A stretch of DNA of 64,000 nucleotides, from assembly GCA_951406725.2 (NCBI GenBank), contig OX597831.1, positions 81,096,001 through 81,160,000 of the forward strand, written 5' to 3'. The notes below the pieces were generated by a model, which was given only the letters and a program-made list of their open reading frames with translations, did no database searches and was not told the DNA's origin. Source of the DNA: Octopus vulgaris. Taxonomy: Eukaryota. Within the stretch, counting starts at the first letter, position 1, and every line of letters begins with the position of its first letter. This document shows, one piece after another, positions 57,271 to 64,000 of the stretch. The translations under genes and the position numbers were made by a program.

Positions 57271-59784
57271 CTAGTTTGTGAATCCACCTCTGATACGTGG
57301 CACTTGATCAACAAGGGAGTTCGATGCTGCTGCCCGCATCCGTGTCTCCTGTCGTGAGGTAGGTTCATCTGGGACTCCCAACAAGAAGAGATCCAGTTTA
57401 GTTTTAAAGAAACCCACATCCACACCATGTAAGTCTCTCAGGCATTTAGGGAGGATGTTAAAGAGCTGTGGTCCTCTGAAACCCAAGCTGTTGCAGTATC
57501 TGGACCTGTATTTTGATGGTGATGTTGGAATCCTTTGCACCACGCAGCGGCGCCCTGTTCTGCGGTTGGAGTAACTTTGAATGCCAAAGTTTGGGACAAG
57601 ACCCTCCAGGATTTTCCAGATGTATATCACTGCATATCTCTCCCGCCTCCGCTCCAGGGAGAAGAGGTTTAATACCTTCAGTCTTTCCCAGTAGCTGACA
57701 TTTTGCATTGAGACGATTTTCTTTGTGTAGCTTCTCTGAGTTGCTTCGAGTTCTGCTGTTTGTTTTATATTGTGTGGTGACCAAAGTTGGGAGCAGTAGT
57801 CCAAGCGGCTGAGGACAAATGTTTTCCATAGGACCATCAGTGTCTCCTTCTCTCTTGTTCTGAAAGTTCGGAGAATCCATCCAGCTAGCCGTCTGCATTT
57901 TATCACCAGATTAGCAATATGCATTTGGAAAGATGCATCATTGCTCATGTCAATGCCCAGGTCACGCACTGATTTTGACTCAGGGATTGCAATTCTTCCT
58001 GGGCCAGTGTATCCAGTCTTCACGTCATTTACCTTTGTGTGCCAGTAGCGCAGGGCCTGGAACTTACCTGCATTAAACTGCATGTTGTTGTCCTCAGCCC
58101 ACCTGTATATTGTGTCCAGCTCATGTTGCAGATGCGCAATATTTTCAGGGTTTTGTATTGCGTGGGAAACTTTTGTGTCATCTGCATAGCTAGCAAGGGT
58201 GGTCATCGTAGCAACTGAAGGCATGTCTGAAAGGGCCACTATGAACATCAGTGGCCCCAAGACAGTGCCCTGTGGGACACCGCTTGTTATTTGCGTTTCC
58301 CTGGAGGTGGCTCCATTGCTCACAACTGCCTGTTTTCTGTATTTTAGGAAGTTGTGCAGCCACTCTCCAAGTTTCCCGCCTATGCCGAGACCACGCAGTT
58401 TGTGACAGATCATACCATGGTCGACTTTATCAAAGGCTTTTGCAAAGTCAAGATATATTACATCCACATTTGAGCCATTTAGTAGCTGTTTCAACACCCA
58501 GTCATAGTGTTGCAGGAGCTGTGTTAGGCAGCCTCTACCTGGTCGAAATCCATGCTGGGTGTCAGACAGTAAGTCATTTTCTTCAAGGAACATGATTAGT
58601 TTCTTACGGACTATTCGTTCCATGACTTTGCTGATGTGTGAGGTCAGAGAGATAGGCCTATAATTTTTAGCATCTGCTCTGCTACCTCCCTTATGGATAG
58701 GGCATATTACCCCCTCTTTCAGTTTGACTGGGAGCTTACCACTTGCAAGAAAGCTCTGAAAAAGAAGCTGTAGCGGTTTTGCAAGGGCTCGTTTGCACGA
58801 TTTGAGAAGGATCGCTGGGAATCCATCAGGTCCAGCAGCTGAGTTTGTGTCAATCTCATCAATGGCTAGTGTGATATCATCTTCTTCGATGTTGATGTAC
58901 TCAATTTTTGTCTCTTTGGCCGCTGGTAAAGTGGCAAAGAATTCTTCTGGGTTGTTTACTTGCCTGTGTCCTAGAGGTGTAGTGAACACACTTTGGAACT
59001 GTTCGTTCAGTATTTCACTTATCCTCGTGGGATTTCCTGTGAGAGAGCCATCTTTTTGGAAGAGAGGTCCTATTCTCTGGTGCACTGTGGCTGTCTCTTT
59101 GGCAAACTTAAAGAAAGCTTTAGGGTTTGATTTTATATTTTCTATTACCCAAGCTTCTTTATCTGCTATCTCCTTTTCATGGGACTGATGTAGACTTTTC
59201 TCAGTTTCCATTAGCATTCTTTCGAGCCGAGACTTCTCACCACTTTTGGTGTGCTTGCTCAGGCGGTTTGCAATCCTTGTCCGTCGTCTCATAAGAATCC
59301 TCCTTTCTCTAGGGATCCTGTTTTTGTTCTTGTGTGTGCTGGCCCTGCACATTGGGACATATTTGTCACATATGGCTTGTATTATGGACATGAAGTGTTT
59401 GTGTTTCATGTTTATGTCCGGTGTGGAGAGACATTCAGGCCAGTCCTGTTTGAGGATCTCTTTCTCAATCGACTTCCAGTTGGCTTTATGAAAGTTTAAG
59501 TTGGAGAGATGGTGGGTGCTTCGTATAGGCTGTGTGTCTGCGGGGGCTTTTGTTCCATACATAGACAGCTCTATTATGTTGTGATCCGAGATCATTGTCG
59601 GCATCACATTAACATTATGGATAATATCCATATTGTTTGTGAAGCAGAGATCCAGTATATTATCTGCCCTTGTTGGTTGCAGAACTATTTGCTCCATGAA
59701 AGAGGCATTTGTGAGATGGAGCAGGGACTCCACCTGTGCCTGCTGATGGTGTGTCATCCCTGGGAGCATCTGCCCCCAGGCCAT
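57271..59784 (-). CDS. LINE ORF2: C-terminal part of APE endonuclease plus reverse transcriptase (837 aa open)
   Basis: RADNILDLCF, SDHNII, NYRPISLTS, QHGFR, YLDFAKAFDKVDH, SGVPQGTVLGP, YADDTK. Confidence 0.93.
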   Translation of the reverse strand: MAWGQMLPGMTHHQQAQVESLLHLTNASFMEQIVLQPTRADNILDLCFTNNMDIIHNVNVMPTMISDHNIIELSMYGTKAPADTQPIRSTHHLSNLNFHKANWKSIEKEILKQDWPECLSTPDINMKHKHFMSIIQAICDKYVPMCRASTHKNKNRIPRERRILMRRRTRIANRLSKHTKSGEKSRLERMLMETEKSLHQSHEKEIADKEAWVIENIKSNPKAFFKFAKETATVHQRIGPLFQKDGSLTGNPTRISEILNEQFQSVFTTPLGHRQVNNPEEFFATLPAAKETKIEYINIEEDDITLAIDEIDTNSAAGPDGFPAILLKSCKRALAKPLQLLFQSFLASGKLPVKLKEGVICPIHKGGSRADAKNYRPISLTSHISKVMERIVRKKLIMFLEENDLLSDTQHGFRPGRGCLTQLLQHYDWVLKQLLNGSNVDVIYLDFAKAFDKVDHGMICHKLRGLGIGGKLGEWLHNFLKYRKQAVVSNGATSRETQITSGVPQGTVLGPLMFIVALSDMPSVATMTTLASYADDTKVSHAIQNPENIAHLQHELDTIYRWAEDNNMQFNAGKFQALRYWHTKVNDVKTGYTGPGRIAIPESKSVRDLGIDMSNDASFQMHIANLVIKCRRLAGWILRTFRTREKETLMVLWKTFVLSRLDYCSQLWSPHNIKQTAELEATQRSYTKKIVSMQNVSYWERLKVLNLFSLERRRERYAVIYIWKILEGLVPNFGIQSYSNRRTGRRCVVQRIPTSPSKYRSRYCNSLGFRGPQLFNILPKCLRDLHGVDVGFFKTKLDLFLLGVPDEPTSRQETRMRAAASNSLVDQVPRIRGGFTN

Positions 59785-60282
59785 TCCACATTGGGGAGGT
59801 TAAAGTCACCCATGAAGAATACACTGTTGTGCTGTTCAAGGTTGGTGAGGACTTCTCCTATTTTTGTTAGGCAGTCTTCAAACATGCCTGAGTGTTTTGG
59901 GGCATCTGGTGGGCGATATGTAGTGCATATGACGATATTCAGTTGTCTTATGTGTACAATTTGAGTTTCACATACTGAGTTTGAATATGACAGCAGGACC
60001 TGGGGCGTGAAGTCATCTCGGATGTACATTGCAACTCCACCATGGCTCCTCCCTTTTCTATCTGTGCGTATGACTGCATATTGCGGCATGTGTATTTCTG
60101 CATCACCTATATCGGGTTCAAGATGCGTTTCTGTGAGTGCCATGCATATAGCTTGATTGCATGTCACAAGGTCTCTCAGGAATGAAATTTTCTTTTTACA
60201 GTTTCCGCGCAGCAGCCCTCCTACATTCAGTAGAAATATTTTTGTGGTGTGTGTGTTGGTGTTGGTGTCTGTGGTGGCCATC
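59773..60282 (-). CDS. LINE ORF2 N-terminal APE endonuclease part, separated by a single frameshift at the C5 run 59773-59777
   Basis: LLNVGGL, LTETHL, RTDRKGRSHGGVAMYI, TYRPP, MGDFNLP. Start codon uncertain. Confidence 0.88.
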
Positions 60283-60748
60283 CTGCATCTGTTGGAGGTG
60301 GCCTTATGTGGTGGTAGTTCCAGCTTTGTGCTTGTAGCCAGGTCAGCTGCTGAACAATTTTTTGTGCCATGCACAAAAAGACTGCTGTTCAGCTGCCGCC
60401 CTTCTCACATCTGGGTGAAGCTGGCCACCTGTTGGGTTTCCGCGCACCACATCTGCATACCGTCTTTCAGTAGTGGTCAGTGCGCTTTTTTCCCTTCTTT
60501 TAACTTTTTGTTTTTGTTTTTGTTTTTGTTCTCCCTGAGGGAGGGACCTCTGTCTCGCGTCCGTGCGGTTTTGGTAGGGCCTCCGATGTGCAAAGCGACA
60601 GTTTGCACCTTCAACGCCGTACCAGCATATATATACATCATATAATTAAGGGCTAAAGTGGGTTATTCTAAAGCCAATACACTGATTTATCCACTTATAA
60701 TCCCCTTGCTACAGGAGAATTGAAACTGACTTCATCCTATATTGCTAG

Positions 60749-61060
<312 letters not shown>

Positions 61061-61084
61061 CAGCTATTTGAAATAGACACAATT

Positions 61085-61121
<37 letters not shown>

Positions 61122-61259
61122 TCTCTCTGTTATAGTTTCACTGCTTAATTAACTTTCAACTAGAAATGAAAGCAATTTACATTTAAAATAGTCGTCATCA
61201 TTACTTTTAAAGCTTTTAGAAGCTCAAATTCCTTCCAAACAATATTTATTTTGTGAATT

Positions 61260-61660
61260 CTTTCTACTACAGGAATAAAGTCTGAATGCTGGGGGAAAGG
61301 GTTGGTTGGTTACACCAAACTTATTGCTCGAATAGTATTATTTTATTGTCTGTGAAAGGATGAAAAGTAAAGTCAACCTCGGTGGAATTTGAACTCAGAA
61401 CGTAAAGACGAATGAATTGCTGCTAAGCATTTCCTCCGGCGTGCTAACGATGAATATATCTAATAATTATTTCAAATGTTTGCCACAAGGGCAACTTGGT
61501 GAAGGTGGGGATGAGTCGATTACATCGAGCCCAGTATTCAACTGGTACTTATTTTATCGACCCCGAAAGGATGAAAGACAAAGTCGACCTCGGTGAAATT
61601 TGAACTCAGAACGTAGCGATGGGCGAAATACCGCGCTAACGATTCTGCCAGCTCACCGTC
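61260..61660 (-). mobile_element. Two SINE family B copies
   Basis: Homology to 38127-38300. Confidence 0.8.
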
Positions 61661-61898
61661 TTTATAAATCTATCTAATATTAAAACTAATTTGTATGAAC
61701 AATTAACAATAAACGAATAACAAATCTGAAAGTATATTTTTGGTCAAACTTTTTCAAAAATATTGAAATTATACGAAATAATCCAAGGTTTCTTATTCTA
61801 GGAGCTATGACTCTCTAAGGAGTTTTCAATGCTGTGAATTATAAATATATATAGAGATTTCACTTCGGCACAGCGATACTAATAACCAGTTGCCAAAA

Positions 61899-61942
<44 letters not shown>

Positions 61943-62249
61943 AAATGCATTAGAGTAGAGAACGTAATTTCAATTAATGAATAAGGCAAAAAAACAGGAG
62001 TGACGTAATCATCTTCGTTAACTTAAAGACGTTTCTGCAACGAGAAGCAGTACACTTAAAACTGAAAGCTTGTGAAACATCCTATTGCTTCCTCGGAGCC
62101 ATTAAACTCACGCCCGCTCGATAAACTGCTATACATTACACTTAACGGTTGCATCCAGTGTCCCATTGTTCCACAAGAATAATTAGGAAATGAAAATTCA
62201 GAGCTTTAAACCGAGCTGTTGGGATTATGGTAAGTTTGGCGCTCTTGTT

Positions 62250-63460
62250 TTAGATGCTTCCATGCGCTGTCCACGTCGACGCTGGGCGAATTGAAGAAGT
62301 TATCAAAATCCAGTTTAAGCACACATGTTTTCAGTCGTCTTTCCTCTTTTCCTCCACAAATGATCAACCATATCTGATATGGACCATGTCTTTCCTACTT
62401 GAGATGGTGATTGCTCAGAGAATGAGTTATTTAGGTTGACTTGAGAGAGTACTCAGGTGAGTGGTACCATCGAACACAAATGCTGGATGCGAATTCTTCC
62501 TCACAGAAATACGACAAGCGAAATGGGCGTTTTTATCCCTGCATGATTCGCCATAATGTTTTTCTTCACCTTCTTAATTATTCTACTTAGTGTCCCAGTT
62601 ATTATAGATTTTGATTGTACTTTGGTATTTTATAGTTTGCTTATTTTCATTTCATGACCCATCAACAGCGGTAGTTTCCCAAATTCCTTCCCTAACGATA
62701 TTTTAGGATGAAAAAAATGGTAGACTATGGAGTGGTGTTTATTCCCGTTTTTCAATATTATATTTTGGAATTCCGTTTTCAGTTTGTCTTTTGTTTTATT
62801 TTTAACAATTTCAGTTGTTTTCCGCAAATCTAAAATATCTTCTTTTGTGTTATTAACTTTCAGTTTGTACTTTATCATTGCTCCTATATATAAGAATATT
62901 TTTTTTCTCTCATTTTCATCTTGTTTCTTTACTGCATTAACTACTTTCCCTTTCATTGCTTTCAAACATTTTTGAAACCTTCTGTTGTTATTTTGTAATA
63001 GTTTTCTATTTGCATCAAGCTTTGTCTTCTTTATGTGTGCACGAAATAGATTCCGTCCCTCTCAGCTACGGGGTTTGTTAATGGTTTATAGTTTCTTGAT
63101 TTTTATGTTGAAGCTATTCATTCCACTTCTAAATAATTATGTTGGAGCTACAGTTTGTAAATGAGATGGATATCATATTTATACTTATCGCCTTCTTATT
63201 TTATTCCTATCATTGAATTCAGTAAATATTTGTCTGACAATTCCGTAATACCTTTTCTCACTTTCTTCATTTCTGTGTGTTGTACTTGTAATTTCATCCA
63301 ATTCTAAGTATTTTCATCCTCCTACAGAACTACTTTAATATGTATTAGATATATATAATTTGATAGTTTCAGTACTAATTATATCTCCCCTTCTGACATT
63401 AACTTTTGCTATTTCTCTTCTCTCATACACGTTTGTTTATCGTGGCTAAATTCAAGGCGG
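62250..63460 (-). pseudogene. Possible ancient LINE relic (linker between endonuclease and RT)
   Basis: Lys-rich open stretch 62630-62965 with strong strand-biased A richness; no diagnostic motif survives. Confidence 0.3.
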
Positions 63461-63945
63461 GTCGACGGCCTTTTTTTCTTTCTCTGTAACTTGACTGGAT
63501 CTACTTAGAAATATCAAATATACAGGAAGAGTTATGATAACGTATGTTTAGATTAAAAAAGAAGAAAAAGGAAAAATCCATTGAATGAGTTTGACAGCCA
63601 CCATTTGCAATGCTTCGTTTTCCTGGAATTGTGAAGTAAAAAATAAAAAGGAATAACTGAGATGTTTCCTTCTCGTTTCTTGACCGTAGGGAATGAAACC
63701 ATCCGAGTTTACCGAGTTTATTACGAGGGCCGAGGGGGGAGTGGTGGTGTGGGGGGGGGGGGTGACCATTAAAGCATTCAAACTTCACTGAGGCACAGAG
63801 AGTTATTAATAATAAATATTTCATTGGAACTGGCTCAGTGTGTGAAACATAGTACAAGGCAAGCATCCCAGGACAGGGAGAGAAAGAGAGAGGGAGATAC
63901 AGAGGGAGAGAAATAGAGACATAAAGGTGGATAGAATGAGACGAA

Positions 63946-64000
<55 letters not shown>

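Larger units (their letters stand above)
57191..60628 (-). mobile_element. CR1-group LINE, 5'-truncated in ORF1, complete ORF2 region, (aaggattt)n tail
   Basis: APE plus RT domains; 3' tail abuts (TA)n and the 5' end abuts a short TA run. Confidence 0.95.

Noticed and set aside
57458-60645. Antisense and alternative-frame ORFs over the LINE
   Set aside because: Shadows of the real ORF2.

Overview
Repeat-saturated, AT-rich animal non-coding DNA. The SINE families and extreme microsatellite load suggest an octopus genome (inference). No intact host gene is recognisable, and almost all ORFs in the track are microsatellite artefacts. Real coding content is retroelement-derived: a nearly complete CR1-group APE-RT LINE (57191-60628, one frameshift), further CR1-group, RTE and R4/Dong-like restriction-endonuclease LINE fragments, a Penelope-like (PLE) GIY-YIG C-terminus, and a truncated Myb/SANT-like ORF. 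At least four SINE families are present. The main signal is a set of short, mostly non-coding elements embedded in (TA)n tracts. Several form long inverted repeats with a one-sided tail and carry type I hammerhead ribozyme folds with palindromic helix III. Two have canonical cores (14227-14312, 25962-26059) and several have recurring non-canonical cores. In one case an arm begins exactly at the predicted self-cleavage site. All folds were derived by eye and none is tested.
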